Source: Paraspadella gotoi
Lineage: Eukaryota; Animalia; Chaetognatha
Length of the DNA: 64,000 nucleotides
Assembly: GCA_051294375.1 (NCBI GenBank)
Contig: CM119265.1
Coordinates: 16,436,005 to 16,500,004, forward strand
Direction: 5' to 3'
In this document: piece by piece, positions 1 to 14,145 of the stretch
How the letters are laid out: every line of letters starts with the position of its first letter
How positions within the stretch are numbered: position 1 is the stretch's first letter
Position numbers and translations under genes: made by a program
The notes under the pieces: model-generated
Told to the model about the DNA's origin: nothing
Database searches by the model: none
What the model saw: the letters and a program-made list of their open reading frames with translations, nothing else

Positions 1-1436
1 TTATTGTCTGATTTATAGACGAATAAGTAACTTTTAATTTGGTTAACATAAGGACATAATTTTTTTTACATAAAAATAGACATATTTCGGACTCAATTCA
101 TATTTTCATCGTTGTTGTTAAACAATTTAAAATATTATCATATTGTTTTTTGAGTTTTTAATCAAAATTTGTTTAATTGACTTTTTCAATATTGTTGATT
201 GAAGAATTAATAAAGCCATCTATCAATGTTTACAGACAAGGCTTTGATTATTTATAATTAAGTTGACCAGTTTGGAGACTATCTACATATACGAGTTTTG
301 ATTTTAAAAAAAACTTATAAACAAAAGCAATTCTTTAAAATCTTGGAAGTTAAGCTTCTTCTCAAGTGTTCTCTGTTTACTTTAAATGAAACTACTTTAT
401 TTATAATAGTTACAAAATATTTACTATTCAAATTTAGTAACGTTTATTAGACAGTATTTAATTTTTTTTACGATCATTCAACATAATAAACTTAATCATG
501 ATTCTGATACTGAATGGATTCCTTTTCACTTATCGTATATGTATATACTGAGAATTTATCGAATGATTTGACTTTTAACTTTCAGTTTTTAGCTTTATTT
601 TTAGACTTTTTTAAATTTTGTTTAGTTGAAAGAGAAAATATTTTTCACTTATTATGATTATCAGTTTAATGTAAAGTCTGTTATTATGAGTACATGGATA
701 AGATTAGACTAATTCACTAAAATTGCTGCTTTCAAGCTTGTGCTCTAAAAATTAAAATTGCTGTTTTAAAAAAAAAAAATTTATTATAATTATAAATACT
801 ATTATTTTACATTATTATTAATATTGTTAATTATTTTTTGATAATATTAATACTTATTATTTTTTTTAATATTTTACTTTTATTGGTTATTTTTATCTTA
901 AGTTATCATGTTTTCTTCGGATTTACCTATTTATTAAGCAACATATAACGGTAAATAAACGATTTTGAAAAGTTATACAATTTATAAATGTTTATTTTAT
1001 GTAATAAGGATTTTAAGGCCAAGCAAAATAGTTAATTTATATTTTATGCAAAAATCTGTTCCGAATTCCTTCTTTTGGTAGGAAAAAAGCATTCGAGCTC
1101 TCGTTTAAATGCCATTTATCTTGTTTATATTAGGTATAATACTATAAACTATTTATATTTATAAAAACTATTCTAAAACTTTTAATATTTAATTATTTTA
1201 TAATATTACAATAATTAAACGTCTTGAAATTACGCGATTAAATGAGCGTCATCGTTATCTTGACACTTCGATTTAAGCTAATTTGCATAATTTAGGAGCC
1301 AGATAAAATCGACCGGGATCTCTTCATGTTTTGAGAATTTCAAATCGAAATAAAGGTGGTTTTAAAATTAAAGTATATGATGTGTGTGATCCACTTGTGT
1401 AAACGTTTTTAAAATCCGAATTTCATCTTGATACAC

Positions 1437-1715
1437 TAATATGAGGGAAAGGTGGAATGGAATGCGAATATGAGGAAAGGTGGAATGAATTGCGAATGAT
1501 GAGGGAGGGGGAATGAATGCGAATATGAGGAGAAAGTGAATTAATGCGAAATATGAGGGAAAGGTGAATGAATGCGAATATGAGGGAAAGGTGGATGAAT
1601 GGGAATATGAGGGAAGGTGAATGAATGCGAATATGAGGGAAAGGTGGAATGAATGCGAAATATGAGGAAAGGTTGAATGAATGCGAATATGAGGGAAAGG
1701 TGGAATGAATGTGAA
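1437..1715. repeat. Minisatellite, ~26-28 bp unit (GAATGAATGCGAATATGAGGGAAAGGTG-like), about 10 degenerate copies
   Basis: The unit is visibly repeated. It generates the spurious ORF 1368..1739. Confidence 0.9.
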
Positions 1716-2364
1716 TATTATTGAATGTTGATAGGACAATTTTTAAGGAAGTTTAGGGAAATTTGGTCTATATAGAAAGACAAATGGTAAAAAGAAATGA
1801 ATGCTAAAACAGAATGAATGCTTATTTAAAGAGAAGATCGCTACTTGTCGAAACAGACAAAAAGCCTGAGCATGAATCTAAAAATTGCAACAACAAAAAA
1901 AATTACTAAAATACAATACAATACAAAACAATACAATAAAATACAATACAATGCAATACTACACATGTTTTCTAGCTAAAAACACGTATTTAAAATTTGA
2001 AACCCAACAAGTTTCGAAGGTGACAACGACGCGGTTCAACCTCGATGACGCTTTTCTCGTTGTCTTCATCCGAAATGCATGGATTTTCGCGCTGGATAGG
2101 GAAACGCGCGGCCGCCGCGACCCGTCGCCACAAAATGCAGGAATTTTCACGCTGATGGTGAAAACGCTTCTTCACAACTCTATCATCACGGGGGGGGGAG
2201 TCGTCGTCGTCNNNNNNNNNNNNNNNNNNNNNNNNNNNNNNNNNNNNNNNNNNNNNNNNNNNNNNNNNNNNNNNNNNNNNNNNNNNNNNNNNNNNNNNNN
2301 NNNNNNNNNNNNNNNNNNNNNNNNNNNNNNNNNNNNNNNNNNNNNNNNNNNNNNNNNNNNNNNN

Positions 2365-2400
<36 letters not shown>

Positions 2401-5400
2401 CCGCCTTAACTTTTCATAGTTATCCCTTATTTTATGTGTTCCTCTTTCCTTTATTTTCCCCCCATAAGTAATAATTACCCCAAACTTCGCTTTAATGCGA
2501 AACCTGGGATCAAGATTCATTGTCAAAAAGAAAAAAAGATTCCTTGGGAGTTTCTGACGAAAAAACGCAAGGGTACGCCGAGTAGGAATATATTTTCACT
2601 ATTACAAATGAATATTTCTATGATTACGATTCAAAACTAATATAACTATTTAAATCTCACACGACACTCGTGCCTGGGCGCGCGCTACGTGCGCTTAACA
2701 CACGCGCCCGGGGCCACCCACGTGTAGAGACAACATTGTAGAGCGCCGCGCTCTCTTCGGGTTCAGACTTTGTTTGTTCGGGTCAGCGTTTGTTTTCAAA
2801 CTCCAATGATAACTTTTCTCGAATGGGGAAATTGCAAGAAAAGAGAAAAAAATACGCGGGTGAGTTTTGAGTTTTGAGCTTTTTACAGAGTTTTTTTATT
2901 TTGGTGAGTTCTTGGAATTGTACTAGCTTCGTTTGGAGGGTATGTTTTCGAGTCGTAGGCGGAAAATGGTTTTCACCGCTCGCTTTATAACGACGTAACA
3001 AGCCTAACAACGAAAAGCGACGACGACGACGACGACGACGATGATGATAAAAGAGAAAAAAAGTGAAAAACCTCATCACGGAGATAAACATTCTTCATCT
3101 TTGCCTCCTCCTCGAGGGAGGCCGGTTTTTTGCTTAGGGCGAAGAAATCGCTCTCTCTTTTTAGTCTCTCTCTCTCTCTCTCTNNNNNNNNNNNNNNNNN
3201 NNNNNNNNNNNNNNNNNNNNNNNNNNNNNNNNNNNNNNNNNNNNNNNNNNNNNNNNNNNNNNNNNNNNNNNNNNNNNNNNNNNNNNNNNNNNNNNNNNNN
3301 NNNNNNNNNNNNNNNNNNNNNNNNNNNNNNNNNNNNNNNNNNNNNNNNNNNNNNNNNNNNNNNNNNNNNNNNNNNNNNNNNNNNNNNNNNNNNNNNNNNN
3401 NNNNNNNNNNNNNNCGGTCCCTATACCATTAATTATGTTAAAATCATTTTCACAACTTCTTTCGCCATCGTAGGTCGATTTCGTCCGAAGACTCAATTTT
3501 CGATTTCCCCCCCCCCCCCAAAAAAAAGAGCCTTCATCTAAAAAAATTATTTTATTTATGTTTAAATTGAATTAAATCCGATTTTTAAAAAAACTATTGT
3601 GAATGAAGCAAGATTCTTTTCATCATCGCCATCTCCTTCCCACATTCAGTTGCGGTCTTGGGTGGCGCCTCCCGCGTAGTAGCCCCGACTCTGCAACCTC
3701 CAGAGTCCATACACACTCTTTGCCACCACCAAAATCGTCCACCTCCGCCACCCCTAAGCGCCGCCTTTCACTCCCGCCTCCCACGTCACAGTCACCGCGT
3801 GAACGATCGGTTTTTAATGAGGCTCTGGATGTCTCATCCCCGACGCGTCCGANNNNNNNNNNNNNNNNNNNNNNNNNNNNNNNNNNNNNNNNNNNNNNNN
3901 NNNNNNNNNNNNNNNNNNNNNNNNNNNNNNNNNNNNNNNTGTTAACCTTTGCGTTGGACGTGCATGCGTTGACTCGATGCTCCGTCGTCAGAGAATCTTT
4001 CAGTGTTAAGTTGGCCCCTTGGCATTGATGTTCACNNNNNNNNNNNNNNNNNNNNNNNNNNNNNNNNNNNNNNNNNNNNNNNNNNNNNNNNNNNNNNNNN
4101 NNNNNNNNNNNNNNNNNNNNNNNNNNNNNNNNNNNNNNNNNNNNNNNNNNNNNNNNNNNNNNNNNNNNNNNNNNNNNNNNNNNNNNNNNNNNNNNNNNNN
4201 NNNNNNNNNNNNNNNNNNNNNNNNNNNNNNNNNNNNNNNNNNNNNNNNNNNNNNNNNNNNNNNNNNNNNNNNNNNNNNNNNNNNNNNNNNNNNNNNNNNN
4301 NNNNNNNNNNNNNNNNNNNNNNNNNNNNNNNNNNNNNNNNNNNNNNNNNNNNNNNNNNNNNNNNNNNNNNAAGAAAATAGAAATGGCATTTAAGAATCTT
4401 GGAGTTTGTTTGTATGGGACAACGGAAGGAGAAAGGACAAGCAGCAAATACTAAGAATGAGAGTGCGACTGTCCTGATTCTGTGTCAGTGAGTTCGTAAA
4501 GAGCGAATAGGATTTTTCGCGAGCGGCAGGTGGCTCCACTTGCTCCGTCGCGCGCATTTCCGTCTCAGTTTGCATTCGATGCAGACAGAGAATTCGATGT
4601 AGTCAGCAAAACTCCTGCGGCGAAAGGAAAATCGAAAAAGTCGAATTGTTTGAAGAGAAAAGAGGAATCCTTTTATTTTGTCTGACTGAGGCCATGGCTG
4701 AAAATGGAAAACAATGGCTGAGGCCATGGCTGAAAGTTTAAAGAGAAGGCCGAGGCCATGGCAAAAAAAATGGTGAGAAAAAACTAAATCCATGGCTGTA
4801 ACTGGCAAGATGACATCGAGTTCCTAGATAAAAAAAAATGTCCAAAACTCTTAAATTCGGCTTAAATTTCACTTTTGAAATTAAAAAAAAATAATGTTAC
4901 TAAATTTATTTCTTGTTATGGAAAATTTTTCGTTTCTATTGATTCTTTTGTAACATTTTCTTCCTTCCTTGTCAACGATTAATTCCCCCTGCCTCCTCCT
5001 CCTCCTCCTCCTCCTNNNNNNNNNNNNNNNNNNNNNNNNNNNNNNNNNNNNNNNNNNNNNNNNNNNNNNNNNNNNNNNNNNNNNNNNNNNNNNNNNNNNN
5101 NNNNNNNNNNNNNNNNNNNNNNNNNNNNNNNNNNNNNNNNNNNNNNNNNNNNNNNNNNNNNNNNNNNNNNNNNNNNNNNNNNNNNNNNNNNNNNNNNNNN
5201 NNNNNNNNNNNNNNNNNNNNNNNNNNNNNNNNNNNNNNNNNNNNNNNNNNNNNNNNNNNNNNNNNNNNNNNNNNNNNNNNNNNNNNNNNNNNNNNNNNNN
5301 NNNNTTGGTTCACAATTTTCACTTTTCACCGTCGATCGACCTTGAAAACGAAGAGACTTGAAAAAAGCGACGAGGAAGAAGAAGAAGAAGAAAGTTTACT

Positions 5401-8400
5401 CACTCCAAATCAATTAACTCCGCCTCCGCGGTTCCCTCTTTCATCTTCCTCTTCCTCCTCCTCCTCCTCCTCATCCACCTCCCCCCCCCNNNNNNNNNNN
5501 NNNNNNNNNNNNNNNNNNNNNNNNNNNNNNNNNNNNNNNNNNNNNNNNNNNNNNNNNNNNNNNNNNNNNNNNNNNNNNNNNNNNNNNNNNNNNNNNNNNN
5601 NNNNNNNNNNNNNNNNNNNNNNNNNNNNNNNNNNNNNNNNNNNNNNNNNNNNNNNNNNNNNNNNNNNNNNNNNNNNNNNNNNNNNNNNNNNNNNNNNNNN
5701 NNNNNNNNNNNNNNNNNNNNNNNNNNNNNNNNACTTTTTTCTTTCGAGCGGAAACGTGAGCGATGATGCAGGTGAGGGATAAGTGGTGAGAGGCGACGCG
5801 GGGGAGTGGGTGGATGATATTGTGGTCACTGTGATTAGTGAATTAGGGTGGTGAATAACTAGTTGATGCACGTCCGAGTTTAGTATAAAATATGAAATGT
5901 TCTCTGTACTTGTAAACTAAGTCATTTTGGTATAAGGAAAATATNNNNNNNNNNNNNNNNNNNNNNNNNNNNNNNNNNNNNNNNNNNNNNNNNNNNNNNN
6001 NNNNNNNNNNNNNNNNNNNNNNNNNNNNNNNNNNNNNNNNNNNNNNNNNNNNNNNNNNNNNNNNNNNNNNNNNNNNNNNNNNNNNNNNNNNNNNNNNNNN
6101 NNNNNNNNCTTCTTTTCCAGAAGCGCCTCATTTCAGCTTAAATTTTGAATTAGGTTTGGTTTTAGGTTTTAAAAGGGATTATGTTAGAGAAAAAGTTTAG
6201 GGTTAAATATTAGGTTAGGGATGTGGTTAAAGTTGTTAAAGACTTTGTTATCGTCTTCGTCATCATCATCGTCTTTGTTCGAATCATTTGAGCTTGAAAA
6301 ATAGTTAAGAATTATGGTTAAGGATTACCAATTGGAATGAAGGATCAGGTTAGAGGTAGGGATTAAGGTTAAGAATTTTTAAAAAAGACTAAGATTATTT
6401 ATTAAAACTCTTATAGAGTATCATTATTATTAACGTTTGTTTTTGTTTTACTTTTCTGTTTGGGGAGGGTTAGACTTAATTTAATTATTTTGATGTATGT
6501 CACTGTATCAAATTTTTTATATAAATTAAACTATAATATATTAAAATTAAAATAAGGCTTAGGGATTAAAAACAAAAATTGAGCGCTTTTGGAAAATAGT
6601 GCCAAAAAACCTAGGCGGTTAAAGGGATCTGAAATAGAAGTGAGAGAAGGGAAAGGTAAAGATGAAGACGTTGACACGTAAAAGTGAAGAATGAAATGGG
6701 GAAAAAAAGAAAATTGAATGAAGAAAATATGATAGAAAGAGAAAGAAAAAGAGAAAAAAAAAAATGCAAGGGTGGTTTCAAGGTGGACAAAGAAGTTAAA
6801 GAGATAATTCTGAGTAGGAGAGATTTAAAGATAAAAATGGAGAAGAGGTTGACAGAAAGAAAGGGAAGAGAGATGAAGAGGATGGAGGAAGAGGAGGAGG
6901 AGGAGGAGGAGGAGTAAGTCACTCGAGGGTGGTGGTAATTGAATTCATCGGCGATAAATTCCTTTTCGCCGCGAAGACGTTTCGCGTTTAAGTCGACGCC
7001 TCGAACGCTGTTATGACGCTTAAGCGACGATCTCGAGAAAGAGGGAGTGCCATGGTNNNNNNNNNNNNNNNNNNNNNNNNNNNNNNNNNNNNNNNNNNNN
7101 NNNNNNNNNNNNNNNNNNNNNNNNNNNNNNNNNNNNNNNNNNNNNNNNNNNNNNNNNNNNNNNNNNNNNNNNNNNNNNNNNNNNNNNNNNNNNNNNNNNN
7201 NNNNNNNNNNNNNNNNNNNNNNNNNNNNNNNNNNNNNNNNNNNNNNNNNNNNNNNNNNNNNAAACAATTACCTATTCAGAGAGTCTCTCTGCTATGAACT
7301 TTATGAAACTGTCAACATAAATTCAATAAATTGACAGCTCAGAATTATGACGTGGCTGCGACAGAGATAATTTTCCAGGGAAAATAAAATTCATGATAGA
7401 AAAAACCCAAGATGTCAGCTGGGAAAATGATGATGGCAGAGCGTCAATGGAACGCCACGCCAGGCCACGCCGTAATAACGGCGAGACCCTTCGACGTCAT
7501 AAAGGATCGACTGTAGCCAGCGACTTATTTGGCGACGGTTTTTAACGCATCATTACGCGATTTAGGCGCCATAGACGGTTAAAGTTCGTAATTAGCGGAG
7601 TCGTTCGGGCGAATCGCTTCGGAGAAACATTAGGAATAGGATCTGTAATTAACGCCGAATGAGCAAAGGTAAAGCGATATATATATATTATATACCAAGA
7701 GATTCTAACAATAAACAGAACCATGAAAAAAAATGTCATGTCATCAAACCGCCTTTCATAGAAAATTTCTCGTCTTGAGTATTTTTTTCTCAAATTTTTT
7801 TTCGTTGAATGATGATATAAAACAATAGACTTTTGAAGTTAAACAAAGAAAAAAAAACATTAAAAAAAAGGAAAAAAAGGAGAAAAAAAAATTGAAGAGA
7901 ATCGACGCGAGGATTTTAATCGATTTTCCCCATCGACTTTTTTTTTTCTTTTTTCTTTCTCTCTTTCTTTCTTTTTCCATCCGATTCCTTTCCTTTCATT
8001 TTTCTGTTTTTCTTTCCTCTTGTTTTTCTTTCCTTGTTTGCCTTTCAATTCATTGTTTAAGCAAGGTCGGTACTAGGAGAGGCAACGAGAAATTCGAGAA
8101 CTCTTTTCTCTCTTANNNNNNNNNNNNNNNNNNNNNNNNNNNNNNNNNNNNNNNNNNNNNNNNNNNNNNNNNNNNNNNNNNNNNNNNNNNNNNNNNNNNN
8201 NNNNNNNNNNNNNNNNNNNNNNNNNNNNNNNNNNNNNNNNNNNNNNNNNNNNNNNNNNNNNNNNNNNNNNNNNNNNNNNNNNNNNNNNNNNNNNNNNNNN
8301 NNNNNNNNNNNNNNNNNNNNNNNNNNNNNNNNNNNNNNNNNNNNNNNNNNNNNNNNNNNNNNCTTTTTAAATACTTTTTTTTAAAAACCTTAGGCTTAGC

Positions 8401-9103
8401 TTCGTATTTCAACCTCGTGAAATGTAGCTCGTTTTTAATCCTCTCTTAAAACAGACACACGCAAAAAAAAAGAATTAAAACTCAGGGATCCATTTCAGTG
8501 CTATTTCTGAATAGGGTTTGAAGTAGCAGCTCCGAAGGGATAATGCGATGATGGACGGATGAGGAGGAGGAAGAGGAGGAGGAAGGGGAAAAGGAGGATG
8601 AGGAGAAGGCCGTTTGATACAAGGGAGAAGGGGAAGTGGAGGAGGAAGGCCGTTAACCAAGGCCTCGAGACAATGCCTCACGTTTCCCTTATTCCATTAA
8701 ACCTCGTTTTTTTCTGCTTCGAGTGAATCTTCGTCACATTTCTCTCTCTCTCTCTCTCTCGCTCTCTCTCTCTCTCACTCTCTTTCTCTTTCTTCTCCAA
8801 AATCCTTCGAGCTTGAAATGGGGCAGAATTATTAATTTTCAGTTCCGCCTAAATATTTATCTCTTTCGTTTCTTTTGTTTTTTTTATATCCATTCTTAAA
8901 GTTGGTAGGAATCAATTTTTTTCCTCCATTTTTCTTTTCTTTTCCGAAGCTGAAAAGTATTTTTACTTTTAAAATGTATCGGTTTCGTTTTCTCATTTTT
9001 ATGTAAGTCACGTGATCACGTGATGACTGCTGAGTGACTGAGTCTCTAATTCTCCTTCATCGCCCACATCCTTCTTATTCTTACTTTTAATGACAGATTT
9101 CCG

Positions 9104-9167
<64 letters not shown>

Positions 9168-9533
9168 GTTTTTCAATTCATTACTTTCCATTTATATAAC
9201 TGTCTCTCTCTCTCTCTCTCTCCTTCTTGTCGTTTTTCTTTATTATTTTTCCATTTTCCTATTTCGCTTCATCCTTTTTTCTCCTTTTTTTTTTAGCTCA
9301 ATTCCAATTTTTTTTTCACTTTCTCTTTTCTTTCCTCCATTCGACTTTTTATTCAATTTTCTTTTCCTCTTTTCCTCCGGAATTTTCTCAGCGGATCCCG
9401 GCTGCCGATTCGCTTCTTCTCGGCGGATCCCCGCGGCCGACCCGCTCCTCTCGGCGGATGTCCCGGCCGATTCGCCCGATTTGCCGGGTTTTTCGCATAT
9501 CTCTTGATTTGCGGGAGAAAGAAGAAAGGAAGA

Positions 9534-9566
<33 letters not shown>

Positions 9567-10549
9567 CGACGACGACGATCGGGAAAAAAGATAAAATCGA
9601 CTCCACTTGTGAAAGTCGCAGTTTTTTCCTCGTGCTTGTTTTGGTTTATCTTTTCAGCGCAGATGGCGCCAACATTGAAACCTTAGGGTCATGCGAACTA
9701 CTTCGAGAGGAACATCTGGATTTAAAGTTGCAAAAAAAAGAGGAGAACTGATGATTACGTATTTGTTGAGTTTCTGTCCTTTCCTCTGCGATCTCTCAAT
9801 TTTTGCTTCACTGTTTCTCTTGTGAGAATCCGTCGTGAACGAAAAAAAAAGGAAAATGATGGAAAAGATCGAGTCTGTTGTATCTTTTTATCAGTATAGC
9901 ATAGTAGGTTACACTTGTTACTCCCAGAAATTGATGCATAACGTAGATCCGAGATGCGGTGTGACTCAGACTAAAGCGAGTAATGGGCACCGCTCGGTGG
10001 TATCGGGTCATTTTATCGCTCCACGGGTCAAAGAGAGAAAAAAAGAGACGACTGCGCTGTTCTTTCTTTATATAAAAAAAAAGGTTAACTAAAGAAAAAA
10101 GAAGACGGTTACAAAAAAAAAGAAGAAGAATAAGAAACAAAAGGGGGAAGGAGCTCGATGTGTCGCTCCCTGTTTGGCCCGTAGGCTCGTCTTTTCCAAA
10201 GAGAGGGGATGGTACAGGGCCGAGGGAAAAATGGGTGCGCAAGAGGGGTGAAAAGGGGAAGAGGAGGGGCGCCCGCCGCGTGACGCCGTAATGGCGTCGA
10301 TGGCGCCATAATCTCGTTATATCCGTCGTTATTTTGGGAAAATCGGGAGGAGGAGAAGAATTCGATGAACCCGAAAAGAGGAAGGGGGGAAGGAAGGGGG
10401 GAGGGAGAGGAGTAGAAGGGGGAGAGGGGGAGGATACGTCGTCTTGATTCGATTTGAAGCGCTGGAAAAGGGTCGAAGACCGCGAGGTAATAAGGAGAGC
10501 GGATAATGAAGGTCGAAGGGGGCAGGATTGTTTTAAGTAGTGATAAAAT

Positions 10550-10550
<1 letters not shown>

Positions 10551-10632
<82 letters not shown>
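10551..10632. repeat. (AGT)n microsatellite
   Basis: Perfect AGT run. Confidence 0.95.
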
Positions 10633-10633
<1 letters not shown>

Positions 10634-11264
10634 AACTAGATATAACCATGTCGTTCAGTTTAACGTCCCAAGAATTTTAAAAATCGGAAATTTTTTAAAA
10701 TCCTACTTTTTTTTAGCCGAGAATGACTATATTACCATCTACAAATGTCAACCGAATGTTTGTTTTTCCTCATTTCCAAAATGAACGATATTTAAAAAAA
10801 TATTGGTGAAATAATTGTAACCAGAAGAGAAAATAAATTAGGTTAAAAACTGAATTAACTTTATCCAGAAATATTTCGTGGTAATAATTCCATTATGTCT
10901 TTCCCTCCTTGATCATCGCTACCTCTCTCGCTTCTCTTGCCATTCGCTCTCTCCTCTTCCTCTCTCGCTCTCATCCACTTACCTTTTTCCTCTCTTCCGT
11001 TTTCTTCCTTTCTCTCTCTTCCCCTCTCTCAGCTTTCCGCTTCATAAAAACGCGAGGTTGATGGTTCTGTCGAGCTATTATGTTAAATAGACGGCTTTAT
11101 GCAAATGAGTTGGTTCGAACCCGGACGTAAAAACGAAGTCAGATGTAGCTCGACTGTTTCGTGCTACAGTGTAACCCGGTTCGAGTGAGATGTTTCTGAT
11201 TTCGGGTTGTGGTTTTTGTAATTGTTTGATTTTATTGTTTGATATTTCGATGTTGTCCCGATAG

Positions 11265-11540
11265 TCAAATCCGAACGTTTAAACTATAATTCGTAAAACC
11301 GGATGTTCTTGCTCAGTTGCCCCAAACAGGATACGAAAAACCAAGATGTTCTATTCGGAAAGCGCCAACACGGATACGCCAATCTGAAAGTGTCAACCCA
11401 GATGCGCGAACTCTGATTCCTCAATCAGATGAAATGTTAAAACCGGAAAGTGCGAACACGGATTTGCCAACCGAATGTGCCAATTAGGATACGAACCATG
11501 ATGTGTAACCCAGAAGGCCCTTATCCTCTAACCCGGATGT
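11265..11540. repeat. Highly degenerate tandem repeat (AACCCGGATGT/ACGGATACG-like motifs)
   Basis: Recurring aaccggatgt, aaccaagatgt, aacccagatgc and aacacggat motifs at roughly regular spacing. Confidence 0.45.
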
Positions 11541-11555
11541 CATATCTCGACTCAC

Positions 11556-12289
11556 CTCGACGAGGCCTTGAAGGATCCGATGAAAGCGACGGCCCAATGT
11601 GGACCGACAGGCGGCGGGTGATGAAGAGATTGAGACCGGCGGAGATGGCGATGGCGCCGCCGAAGATTCTGACAAAGGAACATCGGTTAATTAATTGTAA
11701 CATAACATAACATTATAACATCGGAATTAATTGTGAGGAAAATATGAATTAATATTATAAACTATAATAGTCTAATAATGAAAATGGTGTACTGTATTAT
11801 ACAATATTATATGGGTTGAATATTTTATTTTCGTTGGTTTTTGAATCAGAGAAAAACAAATTTTTCCTCTAAAAATAAACATTCAAAATTTTAATATATT
11901 TATAAAAATAAAAATTAAAATCTCCGTTTTTTGCTTCCTGTAAATAAATAGAAATAAATATTTTCCTCTTTCTCTAAAGCCTAAGCTTTGGCCACGCAAT
12001 TGGCCACGCCCTTAGCCACGCCGTTGGCCACCGCCATGAATCGCTAACCCCAATGCCAAGGCCAACCCCAACGTCGTCATCTATTTCCCTCCGCGCGTCA
12101 CCAATTCCGTCTCCCGTCAACGACTTCACGAGACGTTGGCGCCGACGTCGCGTCACAGTGGTCGAGCAAAAAGGCGAATATCTTATTTTTTATTAATATT
12201 TTTTATTTTAATTTTAATATTCCCCGCTGGATCCACTTTCTCTTTACGCTTCGAAGGTCGCGTGACTGTTGTTCACGTGAACGGAATGT

Positions 12290-12382
<93 letters not shown>

Positions 12383-12476
12383 CCGAGATTCTCAAGATGT
12401 ATGGTTAGAATTTGGGTTTTTAGATTCGGTTTCGAGGTCAGAGGAAAGAAAAAGAAAAGAAGAAGACAGACGAGAA

Positions 12477-12510
<34 letters not shown>

Positions 12511-12637
12511 CGACGACGACGACGACGACGACGACTGAATTTGTGGAAAAACCATAAAAAATTCCTCGGTCTTTCGTTCCTCCCATTTCGGGCGAACGAC
12601 AGAAAAAAAAACGAAAATTTTGTTTCCAAGGAATCCG

Positions 12638-12729
<92 letters not shown>

Positions 12730-13512
12730 CTCTCTCTCTATCCCCTTCGATGAAAAATTGTGTAGTAAAAGTATAACCTATGGCTCAGCGAAGGAAGAGT
12801 CTTGACGAGAACGAGCGGAATTTTACATTTTTCCTCTTTTCTCTTATTCATGGTGAACGTCTTCTTCTTCTCTTCTTCTTCCTCGAAGGACATCACCGCG
12901 TCCGCCATCTTTTTTTTTGGCGGTGAATGTTTCAACTGACTTTGTTTGCCATCACGAACAGAACTAGTGGCTTTCCCAATACTTCCAGTTAAAACTAATT
13001 TATATAATTAATATATAAAGTTGTATAATTTATGTATATATTAAATATAATTTTATACCTTTCGAATATCGTTGTAATAGATTTTTGATATTTAATTTTT
13101 TTTTAAATCCAATTTTATTATATTTGGTTTCTTTCTCCATAAATTAAAATATTTTTAAAAGTAATAGTAAGTCGCTAAAGCGATCTACCAAAGGGCGCTA
13201 CTCACGAGTTGGCCGGGTATTTGGAGGCGAGAAGTCCGCCTGGGATTTGAGTGATGATGTATCCCCAAAAGAATGAGGAGTCGATGATCCCGATTTCGTA
13301 GGCCTCCCAGTCGAACTCTGGCGGCTGAAAAAGGAAACACGGACATCAAATGAACAACCTCTAGACTCGGAAACCGAGTGCGTTTTTCAGTGATTAAAGA
13401 TAATGTGAGAAATAGTTTTATTTTTTAATTTCAAAAATAATTCGAGAACCAAAAAAAATGGTTAAAACGATCTCGTTGGTTAAGAGAGAATTATTTGTAA
13501 GTTCTCATTAAG

Positions 13513-13575
<63 letters not shown>

Positions 13576-14145
13576 AGAGAGCACAACGACCTTATCCATC
13601 CATATCATGAAAGGGCGCCACCCCATAGAAGCTCTTCATGCGCTTTGATGGCACGTGGATTCTAAGAGAGAGACTAAATTGAAATAAATGAGCGATGGAT
13701 TTTCATCTGGATCAACTATCTCGCTCCCTCGGAAATCGCGACACTCTTTCATTCTCTGCTCTCTCTCTCTCGTCGTCTCTCTTCTCTGCTCATCTCTCTC
13801 TCATCTTCGTCTCTATCTCTCTCTCCCTCTCCGTCGCTCTCTTTTCAATTGTTTCTCCATCCTCTCTCTTTCTCCGACGCGCATGATAAACGGAAAATTC
13901 TTTGTCGGAAATCTCTCGTCAAGTCGTCATCCTCTTCCCCCTTTTTCTCCTCATTCCCCTCTGCGATTGAACCGACCCAAACCCTCCGTTAACTCACCAA
14001 GACGCTACCGTTGAGGTCAGTCCTATTCTTTTCCGCCATTTGAATGACAGCGACGCCGAAATTCGTTCGAATTCCAAAGGAAATGACGAAACCGATGGAG
14101 GAGAGAATGGCGATGCTGTATCGCTTCGAGAGACCGCACCAGTCT
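11556..14145 (-). CDS. VGlut: Vesicular glutamate transporter (VGLUT, SLC17A6/7/8-like), three internal exons; gene incomplete here
   Basis: Exons are 14145-13998 ([49 protein letters not shown]), 13324-13206 ([39 protein letters not shown]) and 11668-11556 ([16 protein letters not shown]...RILQGLVE). All have AG/GTGAGT boundaries with compatible entry phases. They match the VGLUT motifs RY.IAI.S.LGF.ISFGIR.N, SFFWGY..TQIPGG and RILQGLVEG. The third exon contains frameshifting indels. Downstream exons were not found and may lie in N gaps or to the left of the window. Confidence 0.88.
12293..12376. repeat. (GA)n microsatellite, representative of many (GA)n/(CT)n, (GAC)n, (GAG)n and (GAT)n tracts in 2-31 kb
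   Basis: Directly visible. Other examples are near 12480-12535, 12643-12738, 13515-13580, 20680-20765, 20863-20950, 25965-26060 and 28968-29012. Confidence 0.95.

Noticed and set aside
1368-1739. 123-aa His/Phe/Ser-rich ORF
   Set aside because: Translation of a minisatellite.
3603-3852. Ser/Pro-rich plus-strand segment that resembles an exon (SATPKRRLSLPPP...)
   Set aside because: Low complexity, runs into a gap and has no family motif, so it cannot be supported as coding.
4485-4808. SKW-containing minus-strand ORF as a possible next VGLUT exon
   Set aside because: It lacks the GVTYPACHG and APPLERS context; the region is a short GGCCATGGC repeat.
1885-8449. Long ORFs containing X runs
   Set aside because: They are open only because they cross N gaps.
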